Assembly (NCBI GenBank): GCA_017614525.1
Contig: JAGABS010000077.1
Location: 1-43,776, forward strand
Source of the DNA: Alphaproteobacteria bacterium
GTDB lineage: Bacteria > Pseudomonadota > Alphaproteobacteria > UBA3830
DNA: 43,776 nucleotides
Direction: 5' to 3'
Position 1 is the stretch's first letter. Each line of letters opens with the position of its first letter. This document shows, one piece after another, positions 17,129-27,234 of this stretch. A program made the translations under genes and the position numbers. A model generated the notes under the pieces. That model was not told where the DNA came from. It searched no databases and was given only the letters and a program-made list of their open reading frames with translations.

Positions 17129-18256
17129 ATGAGTTTCGTATATTATTTTCTGTCGTTTTTTTTAATCATAAACATTATTGTTTTCGTTCATGAATACGGG
17201 CATTTTCAGGCTGCGCGGAAGATGGGGGTGAAGGTCTCGACTTTTTCTCTGGGGATGGGGCCGGAGTTGTTTGGATTTGAGGATAAGCACGGTACTCGTT
17301 GGATTTTTTCGGCATTTCCTATCGGCGGGTACGTTATGATGTTGGGTGACGGAGATGCGTCTTCAATGACTGAAGATAAAGAATCCTTAAAAGGATTGTC
17401 TGAGGAAGAGAAGAAAAAATCCTTTTACGCGAAAAGCAATTGGGCAAAAATTTGGATAGCTTTCTGCGGCCCTTTTTTCAACTATGTTTATGCATTCGTG
17501 GTTATTATCTTCATGAGTTTATTCTGCGGTCTTCCGAATTATGAGCCCATTGTTTCCTCCGTAAAGCAAGGCAGTCCCGCGGAATTGAGCGGAATCAAGG
17601 CAGGAGACAGAATTCTGTATGTGGATGACAAGAAGGTAGAGAAATTTCGGGACATAAAATTCGGAATTTTGTGTTCGGATAATGAAAAAGTGAAATTTAC
17701 CTTGGAGCGTGGCGGGGTAATTCAAAATATTGAAGTTAAGCCGGAAATCAAAGAGACAAAAAAACCCTGGGGGACGACCAAGAAAACAAAAGTGGTTGGA
17801 ATAGCCAGCGGAGACCCCGTTTATGTCAAATCAGGACTATTGAAATCAGTTAAGACAGCTTTTGGGTATTGCTGGGATATGACGGTTGAGATGTGCGGTA
17901 TGTTTTCGCGGTTGTTTTCGGGGAAAACCTCCATTGATAATTTCGGCGGGATAGTTCGAATGACAAAAGAAGCGGGAGATTTATCTAAATCCGGAAATTT
18001 TGTGCAGTTGATAATGTTTACGGTGATGCTATCGTTAAATTTGGGATTTATAAATTTGTTTCCTTTGCCGGTTCTGGACGGCGGACGCATATTTATCTGC
18101 TTCGTCGAGGAAATTACAGGGAAAAAACTCAATGAGAAACTGCAGGAATACCTGATGATCGGGTGTATGATTTTTTTGATATTTTTGATGTTAATTACGA
18201 CCGTAAATGATATTTTAAATATAGAGACTGTTAGCAATTTTATTTTTAAGAGGTAG
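17129..18256 (+). CDS. rseP: RIP site-2 zinc metalloprotease RseP
   Basis: HEYGH zinc motif, a PDZ segment (GSPAELSGIKAGDRIL), and NLFPLPVLDGG. Confidence 0.93.
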   Translation: MSFVYYFLSFFLIINIIVFVHEYGHFQAARKMGVKVSTFSLGMGPELFGFEDKHGTRWIFSAFPIGGYVMMLGDGDASSMTEDKESLKGLSEEEKKKSFYAKSNWAKIWIAFCGPFFNYVYAFVVIIFMSLFCGLPNYEPIVSSVKQGSPAELSGIKAGDRILYVDDKKVEKFRDIKFGILCSDNEKVKFTLERGGVIQNIEVKPEIKETKKPWGTTKKTKVVGIASGDPVYVKSGLLKSVKTAFGYCWDMTVEMCGMFSRLFSGKTSIDNFGGIVRMTKEAGDLSKSGNFVQLIMFTVMLSLNLGFINLFPLPVLDGGRIFICFVEEITGKKLNEKLQEYLMIGCMIFLIFLMLITTVNDILNIETVSNFIFKR

Positions 18257-18259
18257 TAA

Positions 18260-20635
18260 ATGAAGGTTTTACCTGGTGTTTTGTTGTCTTTGGGCGTTAG
18301 TTCAGCAGTTTTTGCCGATGTAGTCGAGAAAGTCGAGTATGCAGGATTGGACAGGGTAGAGGAGGCCGCTATCTCAGATGCTGTTCTCATAAAGCCGAAT
18401 AAAAATTACGATAAAAAGGACGTGGCGCAAAGCATCAGAAATCTGTACGAAAAAGATTTCTTTTCGAATATTGAGTTTTTTAAGAAAGGAAATACCTTAG
18501 TAATAAAAGTGAAAGAAAAACCTATCGTAGATAAGGTTGTTTTCGAAGGCAATGACGCCGGGACCGACGAAATGTTGAACAGCGTCGTGAACGGAAGATT
18601 GGGCGAGGGGCGGTTGTTCAGCAGTCATGTCGTGAAAGATGTGCTGGCCGATATGCAGCTGGCTTACAAAGCTTGGGGTTTTTATTTTTCGGAGATTAAT
18701 CCGCAATACATAGAGCGTTCCGGCAATAAAATTGACATTGTTTTCAACATAAAGGAAGGCCGTAAAACAACTGTAGCGAAGATAATTTTTATCGGTAACA
18801 AGACTTTTTCCGACGATCAGTTGAAAGACGTTATTTCCATGAAAGAGGCGAGGGTTTGGCGTTTCTGGGACTATGACAGTCAGATTTATCGTGAAGATAA
18901 GGTCGATGTTGATATAGATGCCATAACCAAATTTTACAAAAGCAAAGGATTCCCGTTTTTCGTGGTGACTTCGAGTCATGCGGAAATGAGCAGCGATAAG
19001 CAGTCTCATTTTTGTACTTTTATCATGGACGAGGGAGATAAATATAATATAAGAGATATTTCTCTGACTTCGGAAATTTCGGACATAAAAGCAGACGATT
19101 ATAAAAGTTACATAAAATTCAAATCCGATGACGTATACAACGAGTCGCTGATATACGAAGTACGGGACAAAATTCGAAAGGAAGTCTCTCTGAAAGGAAA
19201 TTCGTTTATTAACGTGACGGTAGATATCCATTACGACAAAGAAAAAAATTTAGCGGATGTTTTCTATAAAATAGTGAAAAGCCAGAAAGTCTTTGTGGAG
19301 CGAATAGAGATTGTCGGAAATACTCGCACTTTGGACAAGGTTATTCGGAGAGAATTGTCTGTCCATGAGGGAGATGCTCTGAATGCCTACAAAATTCAGA
19401 GAAGCATAGATAGATTGAAAGCGATGGATTATTTCGACGATGTCCAGGTTCGTGAGGAAGATGGATCGTCCGATGATAAAAAAGTAATAGTTGTTTCCGT
19501 AAAAGAAAAAGATTCCACCGCTCAGATCAGATTCGGTTTAAGTGTCAACGATTCTGACGGTTTCGGAGGGTTTGTCGGGTTTATTGAAAATAACCTTATG
19601 GGGACAGGGAAGGTTTTGTCCGCCGATGTTATGTGGATGCAGCAGTATCACGGAGCAAAAATCGATTTGTTTGACCCGAGATTTTTTGATCAGAATATCG
19701 GGGCGGGAATCAAACTCGGGGTGAGCGACATTAACCGCAAAAAGTTTGAAAATGCAGCGGTTCGTTCATTTTATGTGGGACCATATATTCGCTACTCGAT
19801 CAATGAGAATTTAATTCACCGAATCGGATATTCCGTTTCATTCAACAGGAGAAAGTTTTGGAACAGAGATTTCAACAAATGGACCAACGAGCTTCCGGAT
19901 TCATATACCAAGGACGATAAGATCATAAAATTCAGAAATAAAGACATCTGGCAGGAGGAATATGGAAAGTATACCAATTGCGAATTGTCCTCGGTTTTGA
20001 CCTATTTCGATGTGGATAACCCTTATGATCGGAGATACGGATACGATATATCCTTGACCAATGCTTATTCTGGACTCATGGGAAATGTGAAGTATTTCAA
20101 GAATGTGCTAGAGGGAAACCTGTATCGTCCTGTTACTGAGAAGGTTACTTTCGTGTTGAATGGTCAGGTTGGGCACATCAAAGAAATCTCCAACACAAGG
20201 AGTTGCGACAGATTTACTCTCGGAGGTGGCAGTACGATGCGCGGATTCAATTCGTATGGTATAGGAGCGAGAGCAATTGAGTCTGGGGAAATTGTTTACG
20301 ACAAGAACGGAAAGGAAATCGATAGAAGAGATGCCGAGGGAAACAGCTTGGGAAGCACGAAGTATTGGACGGTCAGTTTGATGCTGAAGGCGCCGTTGTC
20401 TACGAAAGAAATGGGGATAAATGGTGTGGTTTTCCTGGATTTCGGAAGTGCGTGGGGGAGTAAGTATCCGAGAAGCAAAGTAAATGATTCGAGTGCGATC
20501 AGAGCATCCACGGGTGTCGCAATTGAATGGGCGAAATGTCCTTTAGGAATGCCGATGTCTTTTGTGTTCGGGTTTGCTTTGAAGAAAAAGCACTTTGATG
20601 ATAAGCAGGTATTTACGTTGACGGGGTTGATGTGA
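18260..20635 (+). CDS. bamA: Outer membrane protein assembly factor BamA
   Basis: Signal peptide, POTRA-type repeats (IEIVGNTRTLDKVIRRELSVHEGD), and a C-terminal beta-barrel (RFTLGGGSTMRGF). Conserved position between rseP and skp. Confidence 0.93.
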   Translation: MKVLPGVLLSLGVSSAVFADVVEKVEYAGLDRVEEAAISDAVLIKPNKNYDKKDVAQSIRNLYEKDFFSNIEFFKKGNTLVIKVKEKPIVDKVVFEGNDAGTDEMLNSVVNGRLGEGRLFSSHVVKDVLADMQLAYKAWGFYFSEINPQYIERSGNKIDIVFNIKEGRKTTVAKIIFIGNKTFSDDQLKDVISMKEARVWRFWDYDSQIYREDKVDVDIDAITKFYKSKGFPFFVVTSSHAEMSSDKQSHFCTFIMDEGDKYNIRDISLTSEISDIKADDYKSYIKFKSDDVYNESLIYEVRDKIRKEVSLKGNSFINVTVDIHYDKEKNLADVFYKIVKSQKVFVERIEIVGNTRTLDKVIRRELSVHEGDALNAYKIQRSIDRLKAMDYFDDVQVREEDGSSDDKKVIVVSVKEKDSTAQIRFGLSVNDSDGFGGFVGFIENNLMGTGKVLSADVMWMQQYHGAKIDLFDPRFFDQNIGAGIKLGVSDINRKKFENAAVRSFYVGPYIRYSINENLIHRIGYSVSFNRRKFWNRDFNKWTNELPDSYTKDDKIIKFRNKDIWQEEYGKYTNCELSSVLTYFDVDNPYDRRYGYDISLTNAYSGLMGNVKYFKNVLEGNLYRPVTEKVTFVLNGQVGHIKEISNTRSCDRFTLGGGSTMRGFNSYGIGARAIESGEIVYDKNGKEIDRRDAEGNSLGSTKYWTVSLMLKAPLSTKEMGINGVVFLDFGSAWGSKYPRSKVNDSSAIRASTGVAIEWAKCPLGMPMSFVFGFALKKKHFDDKQVFTLTGLM

Positions 20636-21243
20636 TGAAACTTTTCAGAGTTTTCAGATTTTCTGTTCTTTGTTTTTTAGGGGCTCTTCAGGTTTTTGAG
20701 GCGGGAGCCGAAGAGGGAGTTTCGGTCGGAGCAAAGTCCGAGTCTGGGGTTGCTTCGTCTGCAACAAGTTTGCCTGCTGTAGGTTCGAAATTGGCCATCA
20801 TAAGTTTGAAGGATGTTGCAAAAAATTCGAAAGCAGGTCGGAGTATTGATGATCAGCTGGAGGAAATCAATAACAAATCGAAAGAGGATCTTTTAGGATT
20901 GGAAAACAGCATAAAAAAAATGGATTCCGATGCCAAAACGAGTTCTGATGAAAGAAAGGTTGATGACCTGCAGGCCATATTGTACGACATGACCAAAAAG
21001 AAAAGATATGAGATTCAGTCGGCTTTCAGGTCCGCGATCGGAGTTCTTGAGGAAGAGATTCACAAAGTTGTTAAGGAAATCGCAAACGATAAGGGATATT
21101 CTTTGATAATATCCTCGGATGCTGTTTTTTACAGTAATTCTTCCGAATGTCCGGACGTTACGGAAGAGGCTATCAGGAGACTGGACGACAGAATTCCTAT
21201 GATAAAAGTAGATATGAGTAAAAAAAATCCAACAGAGGGGTGA
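20632..21243 (+). CDS. skp: Periplasmic chaperone Skp/OmpH
   Basis: Signal peptide and a coiled-coil-rich body. Conserved slot between bamA and lpxD. The ATG at 20635 is a likely alternative start. Confidence 0.8.
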   Translation: MMKLFRVFRFSVLCFLGALQVFEAGAEEGVSVGAKSESGVASSATSLPAVGSKLAIISLKDVAKNSKAGRSIDDQLEEINNKSKEDLLGLENSIKKMDSDAKTSSDERKVDDLQAILYDMTKKKRYEIQSAFRSAIGVLEEEIHKVVKEIANDKGYSLIISSDAVFYSNSSECPDVTEEAIRRLDDRIPMIKVDMSKKNPTEG

Positions 21244-21246
21244 TGG

Positions 21247-22263
21247 ATGATAGATAAGCGCTTTTTCGGGGAAATAAAAAAGATCAGAGTTACGGAGTTG
21301 GCCGTAATTTGCGGGTTAAAGGTGTTCGGAGACAGGGACTTTGTGATATCCAGTGTCGCAACATTGAGGCACGCTGCGGAGAATGATTTATCTTTTTTCG
21401 GAAATAAGAAGTATAAGGATGATTTAAGGAATACAAGAGCCGGGGCGGTCATTATATCGGAAGCGGATCTCGCGAATTTGCCTGAAAATGTTGTGGCACT
21501 GATCGCCGAGAATGTTATGATCAGTTATGCAAAGGTGCTGTCGGTTTTGTGTTATCCCGAGGAGCACCTGTCCCATATTTGTCAGACTGCCGTTGTCAGC
21601 GAAACGGCGAAAATCGGTGCGAATTGCTATATCGGAGATTATGTGAAAATCGAAGACGATGTCGAAATTGGAGACAACGTCGTTATCGGAAGCAATACTG
21701 TTATAGAGAAAGGCTGTAAAATCGGAGATAACGGATTGATTCGGAACAATGTCACGATTTCTCACAGTATCATAGGGTGTAACGTCATAATCAATTCGGG
21801 TGCGCGGATTGGTGAATCCGGATTCGGAATTATCCCGACGGGGAGTAAGATGGTATATATAAAGCAGTTGGGGCGGGTAATTATCGGAGACAGAGTGCGT
21901 ATCGGCGCGAATACAACCATTGATCGCGGAAGTATCGAAGATACAGTGATTGGAAATGACACAATCATAGACAATTTGGTTCAGATTGCCCACAACGTGA
22001 CCATAGGAAACGGATCCATTTTGGTTTCTCAGGTCGGGATTGCGGGAAGTTCCAAGATAGGAAACGGAGTGATTTTGGCAGGACAGGTTGGTGTGGCAGG
22101 GCATATCGAAATAGGAGACGGAGCTATTGCCGCGGCCAAGAGCGGAATCGCTTCCAATATCGAATCGGGCAAAGTTGTCGGAGGTATTCCGGCGGTGGAC
22201 GCGGGAATTTGGAAGAGACAAGCAGCATTTTTGAAAATGGCAGTTACGAAAAAGAAGAAGTAA
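21247..22263 (+). CDS. lpxD: UDP-3-O-acylglucosamine N-acyltransferase
   Basis: Long left-handed beta-helix hexapeptide region ([22 protein letters not shown]...). Position between skp and fabZ. Confidence 0.92.
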   Translation: MIDKRFFGEIKKIRVTELAVICGLKVFGDRDFVISSVATLRHAAENDLSFFGNKKYKDDLRNTRAGAVIISEADLANLPENVVALIAENVMISYAKVLSVLCYPEEHLSHICQTAVVSETAKIGANCYIGDYVKIEDDVEIGDNVVIGSNTVIEKGCKIGDNGLIRNNVTISHSIIGCNVIINSGARIGESGFGIIPTGSKMVYIKQLGRVIIGDRVRIGANTTIDRGSIEDTVIGNDTIIDNLVQIAHNVTIGNGSILVSQVGIAGSSKIGNGVILAGQVGVAGHIEIGDGAIAAAKSGIASNIESGKVVGGIPAVDAGIWKRQAAFLKMAVTKKKK

Positions 22264-22304
22264 AAAGTAAGTAAAGGATAAAGAAAAGAGTAAGGGAGGC
22301 GGTC

Positions 22305-22814
22305 ATGTCGGAAATATCGTTAAATGCAAAGGAGTCGGAGCAGTCGCTGATTTCGGAAGAATTGTTGAGTTTAGATGTTAATGAAATAAAAGAATGTCTT
22401 CCTCACAGGTATCCGATGCTTTTAGTCGATAGGGTTCAGGAGTTGAAACTTGGAGAAAGTGCGGTCGGGATCAAATGCGTGACAAACAATGAGCCGTTTT
22501 TTCAGGGACATTTTCCGACGCGTCCCATTATGCCGGGGGTTTTGATTGTCGAGGCAATGGGACAGACTGCCGGAGTGATTGTGTCCAAGACAATGAACCT
22601 GGAAAACAGTGGCGGGCTGGTCTATTTTATGTCCATGGACGGAATAAAATTCAGAAAATTAGTTGAACCCGGTGATGTTCTGCATCTGCACGTTTGCAAG
22701 GAGAAGAGCCGTGGAAATGTCTGGCGATTCAATGGAAAAGCTTATGTCGGCGATGTTTTGGTGGCCGAGGCTGTATTCACGGCAATGATAGTGCTGGAGG
22801 ATAAACAGCAATGA
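22305..22814 (+). CDS. fabZ: 3-hydroxyacyl-ACP dehydratase FabZ
   Basis: LPHRYPMLLVDRV...EPFFQGHFPTRPIMPGVLIVEAMGQ. Confidence 0.95.
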   Translation: MSEISLNAKESEQSLISEELLSLDVNEIKECLPHRYPMLLVDRVQELKLGESAVGIKCVTNNEPFFQGHFPTRPIMPGVLIVEAMGQTAGVIVSKTMNLENSGGLVYFMSMDGIKFRKLVEPGDVLHLHVCKEKSRGNVWRFNGKAYVGDVLVAEAVFTAMIVLEDKQQ

Positions 22815-23596
22815 TTCACTCGACTGCCATTATTTCCGATCGCGCGAAGGTGGGAAATAACGTAGAAATCGGAGCTTATTCTGTTATCGGGGACAATGTT
22901 GAGATAGCAGACAATGTTAAGATTATGTCTCATGTCTGTATAGAGGGGGATACTTACATTGGTGAAGGTACGCAGATTTTTCCTTTTGCCGCAATAGGGT
23001 TTCGTCCCCAGGACTTAAAATTTCATGGGGAAAAATCGAAGATTATTATCGGAAAAAATAATTCGATTCGGGAATATGTCACAATTCACCCCGGAACTGA
23101 AGGCGGTGCCATGAAGACAGTCATCGGAGACAATAATTTGCTGATGATAGGCGTTCATGTAGCTCACGATTGTGTTGTTGGAAATAACGCTGTGCTTGCA
23201 AACAATGTGACACTTGCCGGGCATGTTGAAGTCGGAGATTGTGCCATAATTGGCGGTTTGTCCGCCGTTCATCAGTTCGTCAGAATCGGACATAATGCCA
23301 TAATCGGCGGTATGACGGGAATTGAACGAGATGTCATTCCTTTCGGAGCGGTGAAAGGAGAACGCGGGCATCTGTATGACATAAATGTGTTGGGGCTGAA
23401 AAGAGCAAATTATTCCCGAGAAGAGATCGTTGCCATCCGCGAGGCGTACCGAATTATCTTTTTCGGAGACAACGTTCTTTCGGAAAATGTGGATGAAGCC
23501 GAAAAAAAATTACCAAATTTCGATGGCGTTAAAGAAATAGTAAACTTTATGAGATATAAGAGTAGTAGATCGTATTGTTTACCTAAAGGGAAATAA
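22811..23596 (+). CDS. lpxA: Acyl-ACP--UDP-GlcNAc O-acyltransferase
   Basis: IHSTAIISDRAKVGNNVEIGAYSVIG hexapeptide repeats. ATGA overlap with fabZ. Confidence 0.94.
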   Translation: MIHSTAIISDRAKVGNNVEIGAYSVIGDNVEIADNVKIMSHVCIEGDTYIGEGTQIFPFAAIGFRPQDLKFHGEKSKIIIGKNNSIREYVTIHPGTEGGAMKTVIGDNNLLMIGVHVAHDCVVGNNAVLANNVTLAGHVEVGDCAIIGGLSAVHQFVRIGHNAIIGGMTGIERDVIPFGAVKGERGHLYDINVLGLKRANYSREEIVAIREAYRIIFFGDNVLSENVDEAEKKLPNFDGVKEIVNFMRYKSSRSYCLPKGK

Positions 23597-25557
23597 TGAT
23601 TGGTATATTTTGCGGCAAGGGAGAGTATCCCAAGGTAGTTGTTGATTCTTGTAAGAGGCAGAAGCTGGATTTCTGTCTTCTTTTTGTCGATGGTTACGAC
23701 CATGGTTTGTTTTATCCGGATGTTCCCAGGGTTGCCTTTAAGTTGGGGCAGGTCGGCAAGGTTCTGCAGTTTTTGAAGTTAAACAACGTGAAAAAAATTA
23801 CCTTCGCCGGACACGTTAAAAGGCCGGGGCTTTTTGATTTGTCTCTGGATTTTGAGGGATTTAGGTGGCTTATTAGGCTTTGGAAAGTCCTCCTTTGCGG
23901 AGGAGACGATGCATTACTGCGAGGAATAGCGGATCTTCTCAAAGAAAAAGGAATTGAGCTGGTTTCCGGAACGGATTTGCTGAAGGGAGCATTCTTTTCA
24001 GAGGGGATTTATTCGGAGCGTAAGCCGACGGAGGAGGAGCAGGCCGAGATAGAGTTGGGTGTCAGAGAGTCTCAGATGTTAGGGATTCAGGATATCGGGC
24101 AAAGTATCGTAGTTTGCGGAGACAGCGTAATTGCAAAGGAAGACGCGAGCGGAACGGACGCGTTGATTGATCGGTGTTTTGATGGAATTTTGGTGAAAAC
24201 TTCGAAGCCGCAACAGGATTTTCGCATGGATCTTCCTGTTATCGGTGTTCAGACGATAGAGAACTTACACAGACACAATTTTCGGGGAATTGTTATAGAA
24301 GCAGACAGAACCATCATATTGAATAAAAATGAAGTTCTGGAGAAAGTAGATGAGTATGGCCTCTTCTTGCAAGCAATAAAAATTAGAAAAAAGCATAAAG
24401 TCTTTATCGTTGCCGGAGAGTCTTCAGGGGATTATCTCGGCGGTCGTTTGATGAAAGACTTGAGAAAAATCGATGAAGATATTGAGTTCGTGGGAATCGG
24501 CGGTCCATGCATGGAAGAAGCGGGAATAATAAACTTATGCCCGATTTCGAAACTTTCTGTCATCGGAATTTGGGAAGTTATAGGAAAAATATTTTATTTT
24601 AGAGATCTTATTAATAAGACGGCGAATACCATAGTCAACTATAATCCGGATGTTCTTGTGACAATAGATTCTTCCGGGTTTACGCACAGAGTCGACAAAC
24701 TTGTTAAAAAGAAGAAATCTGACATTCCGATTGTGCATTATGTCTCTCCGCCTGTGTGGGCTTGGCGAGGTTGGCGAGCAAAAGATTTACATAAATTTAT
24801 TGATAAGTTGATGGTTTTGCTTCCGTTTGAGGAAGATTTTTTGAAAAATTATGGGGTAAATACTGTTTTTGTCGGACATCCTATTGCCTCGGACGCGGAC
24901 TTCACTGAAGACGACAGTTTGAAGTCAAAAGATCTAACCATAACTTTATTGCCGGGAAGCAGGCCATCGGAGCTTGAACATCACATGCCGATTCTGAAGG
25001 AATTTTCGGAGTTGATCATTGAAAAGCACCCTGAGGTCAGGTTTTATCTTCCGACGGTGAAGACTGTTGCTCCTCTGATAAAAAGGTATGTTGCGAACTG
25101 GAAGTATAAGCCGACTGTTTCGACCAAAAAGCTGAAAAAAGTAAAAGCCTATAATTCGTCTCATGTCGCGGTAGCGGCTTCGGGAACGGTTACATTGGAG
25201 CTGGCCAAAATGGGGCTGCCGTTTGTAGCTATATACAAAACTTCTTTCGTCACTGCGAAATTAGTAGAGTGGCTTATAAAAATTCCGTATGTTTGCTTAG
25301 TTAATATCTTGGCGGGAAAATCCCTAGTACCGGAACTCCTCCAAGATGAGTGTACAGCGGGGAATATCGCTGGTGCCGTCGAAAATATACTTAATACGGA
25401 TTTGAAATATCGCCAGAAGAATGATTTTTTGAAGATCATAAAGTCATTAAAAGTTGACAGGATGAAGTCAGCTCAGGAAGTTTATTCTTATATTCAAAAC
25501 AAAAAAGACGTTTCGCGTAACAAAAAACGCAACGTGCGTCCAGCCGCAAAACCTTAA
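23596..25557 (+). CDS. lpxB: Single ORF fusing LpxI (UDP-2,3-diacylglucosamine hydrolase, DUF1009; about aa 1-260) to LpxB (lipid-A-disaccharide synthase; about aa 267-653)
   Basis: The N-terminal half carries DIGQSIVVCGDSVIAKEDASGTDALIDRC (LpxI-like). The C-terminal half starts KVFIVAGESSGDYLGGRLM (LpxB N-terminal motif) and is about 387 aa. There is no in-frame stop at the junction (about 24376-24399). Confidence 0.8.
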   Translation: MIGIFCGKGEYPKVVVDSCKRQKLDFCLLFVDGYDHGLFYPDVPRVAFKLGQVGKVLQFLKLNNVKKITFAGHVKRPGLFDLSLDFEGFRWLIRLWKVLLCGGDDALLRGIADLLKEKGIELVSGTDLLKGAFFSEGIYSERKPTEEEQAEIELGVRESQMLGIQDIGQSIVVCGDSVIAKEDASGTDALIDRCFDGILVKTSKPQQDFRMDLPVIGVQTIENLHRHNFRGIVIEADRTIILNKNEVLEKVDEYGLFLQAIKIRKKHKVFIVAGESSGDYLGGRLMKDLRKIDEDIEFVGIGGPCMEEAGIINLCPISKLSVIGIWEVIGKIFYFRDLINKTANTIVNYNPDVLVTIDSSGFTHRVDKLVKKKKSDIPIVHYVSPPVWAWRGWRAKDLHKFIDKLMVLLPFEEDFLKNYGVNTVFVGHPIASDADFTEDDSLKSKDLTITLLPGSRPSELEHHMPILKEFSELIIEKHPEVRFYLPTVKTVAPLIKRYVANWKYKPTVSTKKLKKVKAYNSSHVAVAASGTVTLELAKMGLPFVAIYKTSFVTAKLVEWLIKIPYVCLVNILAGKSLVPELLQDECTAGNIAGAVENILNTDLKYRQKNDFLKIIKSLKVDRMKSAQEVYSYIQNKKDVSRNKKRNVRPAAKP

Positions 25558-25698
25558 AAATTGTTCAATCTGGTCCCGCCTGATAATCGAATCTGATTTA
25601 ATTCGGGTGGGTGAGTGCAGCTGCCGTCCTTGGCATTACTTTATCCGAATAATAATCGAACCTAATATAATCGGACCGGGCGAGACGAAGCCGAAAAC

Positions 25699-26718
25699 TT
25701 ACAAGACTTGTTTTACAACATACAACGGCCGTTGCTTTGTTTCAATATATATGCGTCCCAGATATTCTCCGATAATTCCGAGGCTGACCAATTGAACTCC
25801 TCCGAAGAATAAAATGGCGGTCATCAACGAGGCGTAGCCGGGAACATCGATGCCGAAGATTAGCGTTCGAATCAGAATCCAGCTGCCGCGAAGGAAGGCC
25901 AACATTGTAACAAGCAGTCCGAAATATGTCGATAATTTCAGCGGAAATGTCGAAAACGAGGTTATGCCGTCCAGCGCGTAGTTCCACAGTTTCCAGTAGT
26001 TCCATTTGGACTGTCCCTCAGCCCGTACAGGTCTTTTGTATCCAACATAAGCTGTCTTGAATCCGGCCAGGGCGAACAGTCCCTTCATAAATCTTGTTCT
26101 TTCGGGAAACGATTTCACAACATCCACGACCTTGCGGTCCATCAGACGGAAGTCTCCTACGTTTTCAGGTATTTCTAAATCCGAAAATTGATTGAAAGAT
26201 TTATAAAACAGCCAGGCGGTCAGTCTTTTCGCAAGAGAGTCGTCAGACCGATCTTCTCTCTTGGCCAAGACAACTTCTACATTCTGAGATTTCCAAATTT
26301 TCACCATCTCGGGAATTAATTCCGGCGGATCCTGCAGATCGCAGTCCATGGGAATGACGCATTTCCCTTTTGAAAAATCCAATCCTGCCGACATAGCCGC
26401 ATCTTTTCCGAAATTTTTCGAAAAATCTACTATTTTCAGCTGCGGAACCGTTTCTTTTATCTTGATTAACTCGGACAGTGTATCGTCTCTACTTCCGTCG
26501 TTTACACACACGACTTCGTAGGCCAATGCCAGCCTATCCAAAACAGGTAAAGTCCTCTTGAAGAAGGAACCAACGGCCTCCGACTCGTTATAGCAAGGCA
26601 AAACTATGCTTATCTCCGGAGTTGTTTCGAGAGCTGACTCAGCAGTTATTTTCGAAGTCATTCCGGGATTTTCAGTCATGAGATTTTTTTCTGCTGTCGC
26701 CTCAGGCTTTTCATTCAT
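25699..26718 (-). CDS. GT2 polyprenyl-phosphate glycosyltransferase (ArnC/GtrB/DPM1-like)
   Basis: ISIVLPCYNESEAV...VVCVNDGSRDDT...DCDLQDPPE (GT-A DxD region) plus two C-terminal TM helices. The N-terminal extension of about 35 aa makes the start uncertain. Confidence 0.8.
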   Translation of the reverse strand: MNEKPEATAEKNLMTENPGMTSKITAESALETTPEISIVLPCYNESEAVGSFFKRTLPVLDRLALAYEVVCVNDGSRDDTLSELIKIKETVPQLKIVDFSKNFGKDAAMSAGLDFSKGKCVIPMDCDLQDPPELIPEMVKIWKSQNVEVVLAKREDRSDDSLAKRLTAWLFYKSFNQFSDLEIPENVGDFRLMDRKVVDVVKSFPERTRFMKGLFALAGFKTAYVGYKRPVRAEGQSKWNYWKLWNYALDGITSFSTFPLKLSTYFGLLVTMLAFLRGSWILIRTLIFGIDVPGYASLMTAILFFGGVQLVSLGIIGEYLGRIYIETKQRPLYVVKQVL

Positions 26719-27109
26719 GAGCGCTGTTCAGGAGAGCCCCTGCCTCTTTGTTGGAGATAAGATCGGTCGTCTCCTCATCGAAACTGAATTCACTGTTTGA
26801 CGGACGAATTACCTCCTTGTTTTTCAGCACTTTATTCGCGTCAAATGTCAGCTTAATTGCAGTACGATCTTTCATCTCAACGCCTCTGAAAGAAGTCTCT
26901 TCAGACCTTCCTCCCAGATATATCCACGTAAAATTATCTCTGTGCAAGGACGGCGTTCCGCAACTTTTCAGCACATCTTCCATGGTCGTTTGCCCTATCA
27001 CAAAGGACCCGAGGTGTTTTTCGGCGACAACATTTCCCCGTGAATTTACAAACGGCTCACATGAAGCCAAAAACACAGAAAAAATCAAAAGACAATTTCC
27101 AAAACGCAT
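26711..27109 (-). CDS. bamE: Outer membrane assembly lipoprotein BamE (SmpA/OmlA)
   Basis: Lipobox FLASC, then GQTTMEDVLKSCGTPSLHRDNFTWIY, typical of the SmpA_OmlA family. Confidence 0.75.
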   Translation of the reverse strand: MRFGNCLLIFSVFLASCEPFVNSRGNVVAEKHLGSFVIGQTTMEDVLKSCGTPSLHRDNFTWIYLGGRSEETSFRGVEMKDRTAIKLTFDANKVLKNKEVIRPSNSEFSFDEETTDLISNKEAGALLNSAHE

Positions 27110-27234
27110 ACCAACTCCACGATTGCGCTTGTAAGTCTAGTTGCTGGATCAACAATTTTCAAGAAATTTCACACAACTCTATAGAAAAATCTGAATTTTC
27201 ATATATATTTAATGTACTATCGTGAGGTGTTTTA

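Noticed and set aside
21424-22221. 265-aa minus-strand ORF inside lpxD, plus similar long antisense ORFs at 17821-18390, 18497-19231, 32275-32982, 9576-10121, 35123-35575 and 36864-37274
   Set aside because: All lie antisense to genes with strong family motifs (lpxD hexapeptide repeats, rseP/bamA, lon, hslU, acs, surA). They have skewed composition and no motifs of their own. They are typical shadow ORFs.
25575-25611. Two-tier hairpin after lpxI/B as a canonical intrinsic terminator
   Set aside because: There is no adjacent U-tract on either strand (the nearest minus-strand U5 is about 14 nt away). It is recorded only as a structural observation.
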